Positions 12,775 through 28,995 are shown, counted from the stretch's first letter. The stretch is DNA of 64,000 nt from Eledone cirrhosa (GCA_964016885.1 OZ024752.1:26908001-26972000), one strand, 5' to 3'. The notes: generated by a model not told the origin, from the sequence alone. Numbers and translations: made by a program.

Positions 12775-15700
12775 ATTGGCAATATTATATGTCAGCTCAA
12801 CGATATGGAGCAGTTAATAGTATTAGTTATACTATTTATGGTTATGTAAACACAAAACCTTAAGCAGTTGTAAGTATTTTACACACACCCTAAATAGTGG
12901 TAGGCAGTAATGTATTACTACCTTATTACCAGTAAGTTAAGTAGCTCAATGTAAAAACATCAGATGATTTACAGAGCAGTTATATGAAATATAAGAATCA
13001 AAGAACTGTTCAAAACATTATTGTGCTTACAGCTGTTTCCTCCAAACCGAGGTTTGGATTCTTCGGAGCAATTTATTAATGCATGGACAGTTATATGACC
13101 TCCTTTTCAGCCGAGAGACATACCAATACATATTCAAACATTGATACATATTCAAACATTGTGGGTCAACATTCATTACAGAATTTAGAGTGGCAGTACA
13201 CACTTCGAGATTACATTTATATTAATAGGTACAATCAAAAAATCAAAGATATAGGTTAAAGTACAACATGAAGATAAGTGGTTATATAGTGCAAATGTTA
13301 TATGTGTGGCACGCATGTGCGTCTTGTTTATATAGTGTGGCAGAGAGATATGTGTGGTAGAGGCACTTAGGTAGGTAAATAAGAGTGTTAGGTTGGTAGA
13401 TCTGGTGGCAAAGTCTTTATATGATTGATATAGTCTGTGTGTGGAGAAATATTATAAGCATTAAAGATAGTGCAAGCATTAAAAGTGTTATAAGTATTGG
13501 AGATGCACAGCGCAGGGATGTCAAGTAATTCATGTACTTCGGTATTTTCATGGTCAAGGGAGTGTATATTTCGATTATATGCCTTTCACATAATCCACGA
13601 CAATCCAGTTAGAGATCGTAGTCTGGTGCTCTTTAGTTCGATACAGGTGGTTGTTACGTTTCGAGAGACGCCATTGAATACCGGAAGTGTGTGTGTGGCT
13701 AAGGGGAGTTAATGCATGCGGGGAGGTAACTCTGGGGTTTCTATATCTAGCCATTAAAATGTGTCTCAATATAGACCCTAAATTCTATGGTGAGGTGCAC
13801 CTTCCAAGAGAGACTTTTAAAGCATAAAGTGTACTAACTATAGAGTAGTTTAACTAAATTATGCTGAAGGTGATCATATTATTATTAGGGTGGATTAACC
13901 CATCTCAAGGTGCTACAAATGGAAATTATAGATGATGAGCGAGGATTCTAAATTAATGATCTCTATGGTTGTAGTCTGCTCATATGACCAGGCGCGGTGA
14001 TTGCAGGATTGCTTCAGGACCCAATGATCTCTGGTAAGATCCGGGTCATCGCTTGCTACATTGGATGTCGAAAGATAATCATCCCCAGGCAGGCCAAAGG
14101 TCAAGCCGCAGTCCTCGCGACCCCTCTCTGACCGTCAGATCATCCATATACGTACAACCCGCACGGCAGTTGCATTGCATTCACTCACTGCGCTCAGCGG
14201 CCTGGTCCTACTGGTCAACAGCGCTACTCGATTAAATCATTTTACATCTGTCTAAGGAAGGTGTTTCCTCTGCCCAACACCATCCAACCGATCAATTCAT
14301 GCTCAAATTACCCTTAGAGCGGCGTAGTGCCGTCCAGGTGGGTGGATGTTGTCACACCTGCTATAGAGGTATAAATGGGTATTTTCCCTGCGAAGGGTTC
14401 CAGAGGGATGTCGTTGTTTGTGTTATAATGGATCAGCTAGTGTTGGGTATGTAGTATAGGGTGTGTCTCTGGTGTTTGATGCTAGATGTGGTGTTAGGTT
14501 CCAGTCCGACATTGCTATATATGGGGCTTAAAGTTTTGGAAGGAATGTCTGAGGCGGTGCTGGCAAGTTGCAAACACCTCAGATTTTTTGTTAAGTAGGT
14601 TACGGTTGGAGAAGATAATATTGTGTGTCTCTAGTATACAGAGGTTACAGAATTTATTAGGTGGTTTGTACGAGGTCGCGCTGCCTATCACTTCCCATTT
14701 GAGTGTGTATGGTTTATTTTTAGATTTTAGATAGTGAATGTAGCTAGAAAGTGAGGTGGAGTTGGCTAGGCTGTGCTTTTTGAACGAGTGGATGTGCGAG
14801 TTATATCTAATTTTGAAGCAGTTAGAAGTGGAGCCTACATAGGTTTCTGAAGAGTTATTAGTCGTGACTGTGCATGAGTATATGACATCCTTGGTTAGGC
14901 ATTTTTTATCTAAAGGGCAGGTTCTATTAGCTCTACAGTTACAATTATTCTGTGCGTTAGTCCGCTGGTTATAATGCAATGCGGAAGTCTGTGTGGTGGG
15001 TATAGGATTTTGGGTGTTCAGGTTGACAACCCTGGTGTTATTACTTATACTAGTGTTATTTCTATTGTTACTGCCGTTGCTATTGTTGCTTGCTACAGTG
15101 GTATTTAGAGGGTTTGCATCCCGTTGCGATTTTGTTTGTTGGAAGTAAGAACTAATTTTACTATTATTGCTGCTAGCTATGTGGTATGCTAAGTTAGGCG
15201 TCGTAGAGTATGAGATTTTAATGGTGTTTTTGTTTAAGAGGTTGTGGTACTTGTGTCCTAGAGGGAAGTTTTTATCTAGTAGTGAGAAGAAAGCCCTAGG
15301 TATGTTGGTGGAGACATTTAGGTTGAAAGGAGGGTTGAAAAATGTATGTTTTGAACAGTTCTTTGATTCTTATATTTCATATAACTGCTCTGTAAATCAT
15401 CTGATGTTTTTACATTGAGCTACTTAACTTACTGGTAATAAGGTAGTAATACATTACTGCCTACCACTATTTAGGGTGTGTGTAAAATACTTACAACTGC
15501 TTAAGGTTTTGTGTTTACATAACCATAAATAGTATAACTAATACTATACATACACATATATTTTTTCCATAATATAAGAAGTTAGGACAGTGAAATTAAA
15601 ATACAAGTCATTCTGATCACATTGAGTTCTTCATGTAGATTGTGCCCCGCAACCGACAGTGGTGAATTCTGTGTGCGCATATATATATAGATATATGTGT

Positions 15701-15806
15701 GTGCACGTGCAGGGTTTAACATGGATGTGTTGGTCACACAAAGGCATGGTCTTTTCAAATCTCAAATTTTAACTCTTCTTATTATTAATTTTTCTTAATA
15801 TTAAGC

Positions 15807-15854
15807 AACATTTGAAAAGATGGCTTTTGCAGACCCATCGAAACCGGTCATTTT
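15807..15854 (+). ncRNA. Type I hammerhead ribozyme motif, U3:A8 core variant
   Basis: AACAU-UUGAAAA-GAUGG..CCAUC-GAA-ACCGGU-C^AUUUU; 5-bp stem II, palindromic stem III, weak stem I. Confidence 0.65.
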
Positions 15855-15956
15855 TTATACCCTTTATTATTTCCTTACCTTATAAAATTATATGTTTTTT
15901 CACAAAAAAGTATTCTGTCTCTTATATATTCCATGTGCCATTACCAACCTCAATTT

Positions 15957-15988
<32 letters not shown>

Positions 15989-16149
15989 ATGTTCACGACA
16001 TCAAAATAGACACTGAGTGACTTTTTTCATTGACCGTTTCTGGATGGTGATTCAACATATTGAGACTGCCTTTAATATAACATTTGATGTGTTTAAGAAA
16101 TGGTTTTAGATGTCTAACACGTTTCAGATGTCTAGAACGTTATTCATAC

Positions 16150-16302
16150 GTCTGAGTTTCACACGCAACGCTGAGTTTCACACGCAACGCTGAGTTTCAC
16201 ACGCAACGCTGAGTCTCACACGCAACGCTGAGTTTCACACGCAACGCTGAGTTTCACACGCAACGCTGAATTTCACACGAAACGCTGAGTTTCACATGCA
16301 AC
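16150..16302. repeat. 19-bp minisatellite (CTGAGTTTCACACGCAACG) x~8
   Basis: Directly visible; no unique spacers. Confidence 0.9.
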
Positions 16303-16959
16303 TCCAGTTACTATATTGGTTTTAATTGTAAATGAATTTGGAATGAAACATTTTCACATATAGTTGCTGGTTCTTTGCATGCTTCACTTATTAACTTGCA
16401 TTTTGTGATTATTGTTTAGTAAATTAGGTGAAACTAATTTAAAATGTTCTTTGTATAATATTTGTTTATTATTTAAATAAGGTTAAATATCTCGTTTCAC
16501 TTAGTTTTAATGTAACAATACAGTTGACAATGTCGATAGTTACAACACAACAATGTCAATAATTTGTTTATGTATCGCGACTTTTGGGCCAACCTGTGTA
16601 TATATATATATATATAGTAATAATAATAAATTTGAAGACTAAAATCCAAAGAGGGCTCGATAAGGATAAATATATATCAAATATATAAGAACTGTAGAGC
16701 AAATATTTATTAAAATAACAGATTAAAGTTTAAGCAAAGAATCGCTTTCACTTAACGGGTTATATTATATATATATAATCCTTATCGTGCCCTCTTCGGA
16801 TTTTAGTCTTCACATTTATTATTCCTATATATATATATATATAAACGAAAACCACTTACCATTTATCAACTACTATCAAAGAAAGCTTGGGGTAAATATT
16901 TTCTTTTAAATGTGTTAAATTTTTGTATTATTTTTGACAAATGTTCTCTTGATATATTT

Positions 16960-17283
16960 TCAAGTCTGAATATTCAAGTTACTTTAATACTATCCATATT
17001 GCTTTCGATATAGAATATATAGTGAACAAATATATAAATGAAAATAATATAGAATTGTAGCAAAAGTCTTAGCATCCTTTAAAGTTTGGTTCATGCGTAC
17101 GTTCATTTTCTCTGGTAAATAATATGTTATTCTTTAAAATGTTCAAAGAATCTTTGTAAAAAGAAAATGTCTGAAGAATTGTATTGAATTCCAAGTTTAA
17201 AACATCAAGTTGATCGTGGCTTTGTATACGTATTACAGTAAAACATAAAAGATATTGACTTTACAAGTGGAATATTTCTAAGC
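16960..17283 (-). pseudogene. Degenerate exon resembling Cys-loop receptor M3-M4 loop end and M4
   Basis: TTTTTCAG acceptor; with frameshifts reads ...KDAKTFATILYYFHLYICSLYIL/ISKAIWIVLSNLNIQT*. Confidence 0.3.
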
Positions 17284-17959
17284 TGAAAAAGAGTTTAAAA
17301 TTTGTTCTTAAAAGCTGTGTAAAATATGATTCTTGCAGTAAATTCAGTAAACACGCACGATGTGTATGTATGTATGTGTGTGTGTGTGTGTGTGAGCTAC
17401 TGTGATGCTGGTGTGCGACTTCGAGCTGTTGATCTATGGCATTGTTGTGTGTGAAGGTACAATTTCGAATATTTTCTTGTTGCCGTTGCTTTAGTACTAT
17501 GAAACGTTTTGCTTTTTCCACGCACGATATTTGCCATGGCATGGCATCGCATAGTCTTTCATCCTTACGGGGTCGATAAAATCAAGTACCCGTAATGCAC
17601 TGGGATAATTGCTGGCCTTGTGCCAAAAGTAGAAACAATTATATTTCCCAGACTCCATTATTCAGTGTATCCTTTTAAAGGCGGAAGCTTGGATATAATT
17701 TGAGTAATATATAGCTGCTATTTTGAGCAGGTCGAGACACTACGCAGACTTTCCCTTATTAGTGTTGTTGTTGCTGGAGTTGATGTGTTCATGTTACTGC
17801 TAATATTTAATGTGTGATGCTGTTATATGATATTGTACATTCGAAGTGTGTATGTTCGTGTTCGTGAATCCTAAAATATCAGACGTAATGCACATAAGAA
17901 GAGTCCTCATCTAATAGATTCGATCAGATCCATTTATTTTTTTCGGATTACCATATCTC

Positions 17960-18303
17960 CGTTCAGAAGAAGATATTTCCATATGCATTTATATATGCAA
18001 TAGCTTATCGATTGATGTGCAATATGTCTGTCTAACGCTGCGTATTTTCAGGATTCACATGTTTGGCCTAATTATTAGAAAGTTTTAAGATAGTCGACAA
18101 TGTGTATCATATGTGAATTATATATATGATTGTATATTCTTCCACAGATCGTACATATCTAGCTCCCATTTAGTTGGAATGTAAATATGAGCAGGACAGA
18201 GAAATATGAGACTAATAATAGACTGAGTGAATTTCTGAATTCGCTGGAATGTAATAAAGCCTAACACGTTAAAATGGCAAATCGTTTCTCGGAATTGGAT
18301 TTC
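17960..18303 (-). pseudogene. Degenerate exon resembling Cys-loop receptor M1-M2-M3
   Basis: FAILTC*ALLHSSEFRNSLSLLLVSYFSVLLIFTFQL / YVRSVEEYTIIYIIHI*YTLSTIL; stops and frameshifts; AG and GT boundaries present. Confidence 0.35.
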
Positions 18304-18489
18304 CTATGTTAGAATAACATTTATTACAAGCAGGCCATCCACACAAAAACAGACAAGAAACACATATCATATTTTCATTGGTTTAGCCTCTCTCTCTCCA
18401 CACACACACATATATATATAGTAAATAATTGCAAAGACCATATACAGTTATTCATAAATTTATTCCAGTGAGTTATACATATTTCTGTG

Positions 18490-20062
18490 GAGTTGATGAT
18501 TAAGCGATGTAATCATCACATAAACATCAGCCCGACTTCATCAGATAGTATTTTTCGAAACATATATATGGATAGTATTTTTCGAAACATATTATGGATT
18601 GGCCAGGTGTGGCACCCCATGTCGGATTGTAGTCTTCAGGATATGAACTTCCTTAGTACTTGTTACTGGACTCCACTCTAACTTGTGGATGGGATACCTG
18701 ATCTATATGTGGGATGCGAGTTTATGTATTGCTTGGTGGCCAGTCAGGTGTCCTGGTATGAGAGATTTAATCTCCAGATTGTAATCATCATGATATGAAC
18801 TCCTTTAGTACCTATTAATAGACTCCACTCTAACTTGTAGATGCGATACCTAATTGATTATATATGAGATGGGGGTTGTCTATTGCTTGATGACCAGACT
18901 AGTGCCCTTATGTGAGAAATTAGATCTCCGGACCACCCCGAAGGTATTCAGATTTACCGGAGATTCAGACATGCAATGACCCGAGCCTACCGGGGGGCAT
19001 ATATAATAGTGGGACCATACCAGGTCCTATTGTTATATTATATTACATTTGCATGGAACAGGGATTTGAGAGTCTGACTCCTCTTATAGAATGTTCAGAT
19101 ATGACACCCCTTAATGGATGGTAATCACCCTAATATATACACCCTTGTATTTCATATTGGACAACTCTCTAACCTATAAATGGGAAACATACTCTAGAAA
19201 TTAGTTATAACTTCATATGATAGGCACGTATTTGAATCACCATTAATGTAGTTTAGGATAATAATTTAACTAAGATAACTAGCTAGTTACCTCCCCTTAC
19301 GCTTTAACTCCCCTTAGTCATTCAGACACTTCCGGAATCTAAACAGCATGATCTATTAATTAAGAACCGACTAGATACGGTATATAACTTGATTATATGC
19401 CGAACCATCTTGAGTTATACGATAGACACGTGTTCTATATATTGCGTCTCATGGATTATGTGAGTGGTGAGCGAAGACAGTGGTACGGCTTTGCCTACGA
19501 TACAATAAGGTTTATAGTATGTTGAAAGTTTCTGATATTTTGGTGTTTCCCTGCATCCGGGACTGTATATCATACAGATGTATGCGAATAAATGACTTAA
19601 TAATTCAGCCCACATAATAAGATCGATTGCCTGCTTCAACTGCCTGACCCTGCAAATATCATTCTGACGCACTCTAATCATGTATAAATAAGACACGCGT
19701 GCATGCTACACGTGAGATTGTTTCATACACAGACTACTCTAAACTTTCCTCTTGCTTTATCTTCACAAACTGCCAACGCTTCATGTTTATCTTTATTTTC
19801 ATTTTTGTTTTTATTTTTATTTTTATTTTTATTTTTATTTTTATCCTGTAACCTGTATATGTAAATTGCCATGCTATATCATTTGATGAGTCTCACCCCA
19901 CTGTTGATCAATATGCGCATATGTTTTATATGTCTCTTGGGTTGAAAAGGAGGTCAAGTATGTTATAGATCAGTAAATAGTTGCTCCGAAGAATCCAAAC
20001 CTCGGTTTGGAGGAAACAATTGTAAGCAAATAAATGACTTAAACTGAACTTTGATTATTGTA
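18490..20062 (+). mobile_element. 3'-UTR fragment of a PLE family related to Naiad-1, ending in an HHR (19981-20029)
   Basis: Shares blocks with the Naiad-1 3' UTR (TTAACTCCCCTTAG..CACACTTCCGG; GAAAAGGAGGTCA) and a near-identical HHR; internal ~150-bp duplication. Confidence 0.75.
19981..20029 (+). ncRNA. Minimal type I hammerhead ribozyme, U4C core
   Basis: UUGCU-CCGAAGA-a-UCCAAACC uc GGUUUGGA-g-GAA-ACAAUUGU-A^AGCAA. Confidence 0.75.
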
Positions 20063-20206
20063 ATCTCTCTCTATATATATATGTGTGTGTATAACAAAGC
20101 GGTTGTGGTAAGATACCAGGTGGACCATAACGCACCGGAATACTCAATACTTAGGGTAATAGAGTGGGAAATAGGAAAAGAGTCAGGACACAACGGTTGA
20201 GCTCCG

Positions 20207-20508
20207 TCCAACTTTGTCTGAATTACTCGTTTTATTTACAATCCTTTAAAATTATAATGATATTATAATGAAATAGTATGGACGAATATTAAATGTTAAT
20301 TAAACAAGTACTTTCATGATTTCGCAATCTTCAGGTTCAGATTCTGTGGTGACAGTCAAGTTTGCAACTTGACTGAATATTGCGAAAGCATGAAAGTACT
20401 TGTTCAATTAACATTTAACATTTAATATTCTACCATACTATTTCATTATAATATCATTGGAATTTTAAAGGAATGTAAATAAAAGGAGTAAATCAGACAA
20501 AGTTGGAA
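20207..20508. mobile_element. Fold-back PLE end with HHR motifs in both arms (20301-20339 minus, 20369-20407 plus)
   Basis: Imperfect inverted arms; consensus UGAAC-CUGAAGA-u-UGC gaaa GCA-u-GAA-AGUACU-U^GUUCA. Confidence 0.65.
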
Positions 20509-20553
20509 TTCCTTTTATTAATATAATCTTCTATACACAATCATACACACCCG

Positions 20554-20591
<38 letters not shown>

Positions 20592-20706
20592 CACATATAT
20601 ATATATATACATATATACATATACATATATATATATATATACATATATACATATATATACATATATACATATATATATATATACATATATATATATACAT
20701 ATATAC

Positions 20707-20763
<57 letters not shown>

Positions 20764-20820
20764 CATACATATATATATATATATATACATATATACATAT
20801 ATATATATATACATATATAC

Positions 20821-20906
<86 letters not shown>

Positions 20907-21264
20907 GTGTCTATGTATATATATATATGTATATATGTATATATTTATACATATATAGATATATATATATGTGTATATGTATATATATTTATGTATATAT
21001 GTTTATATATATGTATATATATATATGTACGATATTAACAAATGGAAACTATATTTATAAAACCATATCTATTTTATTATACATATTTCAAGGATACCAT
21101 GTTAAATGATGGTATGCTTTCATCAGACAAAATACAATATATACCAGTTTTATAAATAAATATTGACATACCCTTTCAAAATGCAACCGTTACTGATGTC
21201 TTCCAAAGGTAAAGGTTGCATTTTGAAAGGGTATGTCAATATTTATATATATATATACATATAC

Positions 21265-21295
<31 letters not shown>

Positions 21296-21330
21296 CACAT
21301 ATACATATATATATATATACATATATATAT

Positions 21331-21481
<151 letters not shown>

Positions 21482-21637
21482 CATATATATATATATGTAT
21501 ATGTATGTATATGTATATATATGTATATATATGTATATATATATGTATATAAATGTATATAATGTATATAATGTATATAAATGTATATATATATGTATAT
21601 ATATGTATATATATGTATATATATGTATATATATATG

Positions 21638-21758
<121 letters not shown>

Positions 21759-21863
21759 ATATGTATATATGTATATATATGTATATATATGTATATATAT
21801 ATATATATGTATATATGTATATATGTATATATGTATATATGTATATATGTATATATATGTATA

Positions 21864-21900
<37 letters not shown>

Positions 21901-21959
21901 GTATATGTATATATATATATGTATATGTATATATATATATATGTATATATATATATAAG

Positions 21960-22042
<83 letters not shown>

Positions 22043-22063
22043 ATATATGTATATATATGTATA

Positions 22064-22128
<65 letters not shown>

Positions 22129-22176
22129 ATATATATATATATATGTATATTTGTATATATGTATATATATGTATAT

Positions 22177-22302
<126 letters not shown>

Positions 22303-22304
22303 AG

Positions 22305-22335
<31 letters not shown>

Positions 22336-22342
22336 GTACATG

Positions 22343-22376
<34 letters not shown>

Positions 22377-22378
22377 AG

Positions 22379-22419
<41 letters not shown>

Positions 22420-22529
22420 GTATATGTCATATATATATATATGTATATATATATGTATATGTATATGTAATATATATATAATGTATATATATATGTATAT
22501 ATATATGTATATATATATATATATTTATG

Positions 22530-22640
<111 letters not shown>

Positions 22641-22655
22641 GGATATATATATATA

Positions 22656-22691
<36 letters not shown>

Positions 22692-22716
22692 AATGTATAT
22701 ATATATATAAATGTAT

Positions 22717-22748
<32 letters not shown>

Positions 22749-22788
22749 GGATATATATATATATGTATATAAATATATAAATGTATAT

Positions 22789-22843
<55 letters not shown>

Positions 22844-22875
22844 GTGTATATATATATATGTATATATATATATGG

Positions 22876-23009
<134 letters not shown>

Positions 23010-23048
23010 GTATATATGTATATATATATATATATGTATATATATATA

Positions 23049-23214
<166 letters not shown>

Positions 23215-23431
23215 GTATATATATATATATGTATATATATATGTATATATATATGTATATATATATGTATATATATATGTATATATATATGTATATATAT
23301 ATATATATGTATATATATATGTATATATATATATATGTATATATATATGTATATATATATATGTATATATATATATGTATATATATATATGTATATATAT
23401 ATGTATATATATATATATGTATATATATATG

Positions 23432-23540
<109 letters not shown>

Positions 23541-23854
23541 GTATATATATATATATGTATATATATATGTATATATATATGTATATATATATGTATATAT
23601 ATATATATGTATATATATATGTATATATATATATATGTATATATATATGTATATATATATATATGTATATATATATGTATATATATATATATGTATATAT
23701 ATATGTATATATATATATATGTATATATATATGTATATATATATATATTTATATATATATGTATATATATATATATTTATATATATATGTATATATATAT
23801 ATATTTATATATATATGTATATATATATATATGTATATATATATGTATATATTG

Positions 23855-23905
<51 letters not shown>

Positions 23906-23906
23906 G

Positions 23907-23981
<75 letters not shown>

Positions 23982-24006
23982 GTATATATATATATGTATA
24001 TATATG

Positions 24007-24089
<83 letters not shown>

Positions 24090-24100
24090 GTATATATATG

Positions 24101-24179
<79 letters not shown>

Positions 24180-24631
24180 GTATATATATATTATATGTAT
24201 ATATATATATGTATATATATATATGTATATATATATATGTATATATATATATGTATATATATATGTATATATATATGTATATATATATATATGTATATAT
24301 ATATGTATATATATATGTATATATATATATGAATATATATAGGTATATATATATATGTATATATATGTATATATATATATGTATATATATATATATGTAT
24401 ATATATATATGTATATATATATATATGTATGTATATATATATATATGTATATATATATATGTATATATATATGTATATATATATATGTATATATATATAT
24501 GTATATATATATATGTATATATATATATGTATATATATATATGTATATATATATATGTATATATATATATGTATATATATATATATGTATATATATATAT
24601 GTATATATATATATATGTATACATATATATG

Positions 24632-24804
<173 letters not shown>

Positions 24805-24820
24805 GTATATAATGTATATG

Positions 24821-24869
<49 letters not shown>

Positions 24870-24904
24870 GTGTATATATATATATGTGTATATATATATA
24901 TATG

Positions 24905-24955
<51 letters not shown>

Positions 24956-24990
24956 GTGTATATATATATATATGTATATATATATATGTG

Positions 24991-25037
<47 letters not shown>

Positions 25038-25076
25038 GTATATGTATATATATATATATGTATATATATATATGTG

Positions 25077-25123
<47 letters not shown>

Positions 25124-25132
25124 GTATATGTG

Positions 25133-25163
<31 letters not shown>

Positions 25164-25167
25164 GTAT

Positions 25168-25237
<70 letters not shown>

Positions 25238-25274
25238 ATATATATACATATGTATATATATATATGTATATATG

Positions 25275-25331
<57 letters not shown>

Positions 25332-25384
25332 ATATATATACATATGTATATATATATGTATATATGTATATATATATACATATG

Positions 25385-25417
<33 letters not shown>

Positions 25418-25479
25418 TTTATGTATATATATATATATGTATATGTGTATATATATATATATGTATATATATATACATG

Positions 25480-25510
<31 letters not shown>

Positions 25511-25664
25511 GTATATATATATGTATATATATATATATGTATATATATATGTATATATATATATGTATATATATATATATGTATATATATATATGTATAT
25601 ATATATATATGTATATATTATATATATGTATATATATGTATATATATATATATGTATATATATG

Positions 25665-25719
<55 letters not shown>

Positions 25720-25730
25720 GTATATATATG

Positions 25731-25775
<45 letters not shown>

Positions 25776-25807
25776 GTATATATATATATATGTGTATATA
25801 TATATAT

Positions 25808-26260
25808 TGGAGCGAAGACGGGAGAGATACGCAGTGATCTACATGTGGAAAATCCTGGAGGGACTAGCACCAAACTTTGGCATTGGGAGCGGACCAACCG
25901 TCGAACAGGACGTCACTGTGTGGTGCCAAAGGTCCCGTCTTCCACATCTAGAATAAGGAGCAGGTATTGCAATAGCCTGGGATTCAAGGGCCCTCAACTC
26001 TTCAACAGGCTGCCGAGGCATCTGCGAGACTTGCATGACGTGGAGGTGGATGTCTTTAAGAAACATCTCGACACCTTGTTATCCAGGATCCCGGATGAGC
26101 CCACAGCAAGACACGAGGGAAACCTAAGGGCAGCAGCAACAAACTCCCTCCTACACCAGTGGCCAACCTATACAGGCTGGAGATAAAATGTGTAGCAACA
26201 AGGGCGGTGCCCCAGCATGGCCTCAGCCGGATGGCTGAAACAGGTAAAAGAGTAAAAGAG
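25808..26260 (+). mobile_element. 5'-truncated LINE (CR1/L2-superfamily-like) ORF2 C-terminus and 3' tail
   Basis: [23 protein letters not shown]...[18 protein letters not shown]...[18 protein letters not shown]; ends GAAACAGGTAAAAGAGTAAAAGAG. Confidence 0.8.
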
Positions 26261-26448
26261 TATGTATATATATATATATATGTGTATATATATATATGTA
26301 TATATATGTATATGTATATATATATATATGTATATATATATATGTATATATATATATGTATATATATGTATATGTATATATATATATATGTATATATATA
26401 TATGTATATATATATATGTATATATATATATGTATATATATATATATG

Positions 26449-26513
<65 letters not shown>

Positions 26514-26528
26514 GTATATATATATATG

Positions 26529-26615
<87 letters not shown>

Positions 26616-26638
26616 GTATATGTATGTATATATATATA

Positions 26639-26937
26639 TTAGAAAGTGAGGTTTTTTTTACAAATTGAAAAATAACCGAGGTGTCCTACACAAGTGAAAG
26701 TATAAAGAAAAAGAGATGAAATCGAAAATGCAACTGGACTCTTATTTTTTTAAAACATATATATATTTATTTGGTTCCTTTACCTGTTTCGCAGTTCTTC
26801 TGCTTTTCAAAAGTAGAGTTGAGATGGAGGGTCTGTGGCTTTTCTCACATCTGTGAGAAAAATATATAAATGTATATATGTTTTTAAAAATAAGACTCCA
26901 GTTGCATTTTCGATTTCATCACTTTTTCTATTATAAA
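26639..26937 (-). mobile_element. Fold-back PLE end with U3:A8 HHR (26778-26813); duplicated at 29056-29354
   Basis: Internal inverted repeat; CUU-UUGAAAA-GCAG aagaa CUGC-GAA-AC ag GU-A^AAG; second copy offset by 2417 bp. Confidence 0.7.
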
Positions 26938-26966
26938 TATATATATATATATATATATATTTATAA

Positions 26967-27314
<348 letters not shown>

Positions 27315-27319
27315 GTATA

Positions 27320-27364
<45 letters not shown>

Positions 27365-27375
27365 GTATATATATG

Positions 27376-27412
<37 letters not shown>

Positions 27413-27419
27413 GTATATA

Positions 27420-27456
<37 letters not shown>

Positions 27457-27503
27457 ATATATATCTATATATATATGTATATATATATATGAATATATAT
27501 ATG

Positions 27504-27550
<47 letters not shown>

Positions 27551-27583
27551 GTATATATGTATATATGTATATATGTATATATG

Positions 27584-27634
<51 letters not shown>

Positions 27635-27771
27635 GTATATATGTATATATATATATATGTATATATATGTATATATATATATGTATATATATATATGTAT
27701 ATATATATATGTATATATATATATGTATATGTATATATATATATGAATATATATATGTATATATATATATG

Positions 27772-27818
<47 letters not shown>

Positions 27819-27833
27819 GTATATATATATATG

Positions 27834-27886
<53 letters not shown>

Positions 27887-27905
27887 ATATATATATGTAT
27901 ATATG

Positions 27906-27976
<71 letters not shown>

Positions 27977-28071
27977 ATATATATACATATGTATATATAT
28001 ATATGTATATATGTATATATATATACATATGTATATATATATATGTATATATGTATATATATATACATATG

Positions 28072-28352
<281 letters not shown>

Positions 28353-28387
28353 ATATATATATATGTATGTATATATGTATATATATG

Positions 28388-28436
<49 letters not shown>

Positions 28437-28447
28437 GTATATATATG

Positions 28448-28498
<51 letters not shown>

Positions 28499-28561
28499 GT
28501 ATATATATGTATATATATATATATGTATATATGTATATATATGTATACATATATATATATG

Positions 28562-28680
<119 letters not shown>

Positions 28681-28727
28681 GTATATATATATATATGTAT
28701 ATATATATATGTATATATATGTATATG

Positions 28728-28760
<33 letters not shown>

Positions 28761-28829
28761 GTGTATATATATATATGTATATATATATATGTGTATATAT
28801 ATATATATGTATATATATATATGTATATG

Positions 28830-28860
<31 letters not shown>

Positions 28861-28861
28861 G

Positions 28862-28944
<83 letters not shown>

Positions 28945-28995
28945 GTATATATATACGTATATATATATATATGTATATATATGTATATATATATT

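Larger units (their letters stand above)
8798..15547 (-). mobile_element. Penelope-like retroelement, Naiad-type (Naiad-1): full unit 8798-12981, partial tandem copy 12982-15347, inverted piece 15346-15547
   Basis: 8798-11163 is repeated at +4184; 15346-15547 is the reverse complement of ~12817-13018; RT and GIY-YIG ORF; HHR at unit ends. Confidence 0.95.

Noticed and set aside
16150-16302. CRISPR-like array
   Set aside because: Head-to-tail 19-bp repeats without spacers, in eukaryotic DNA with no cas genes.
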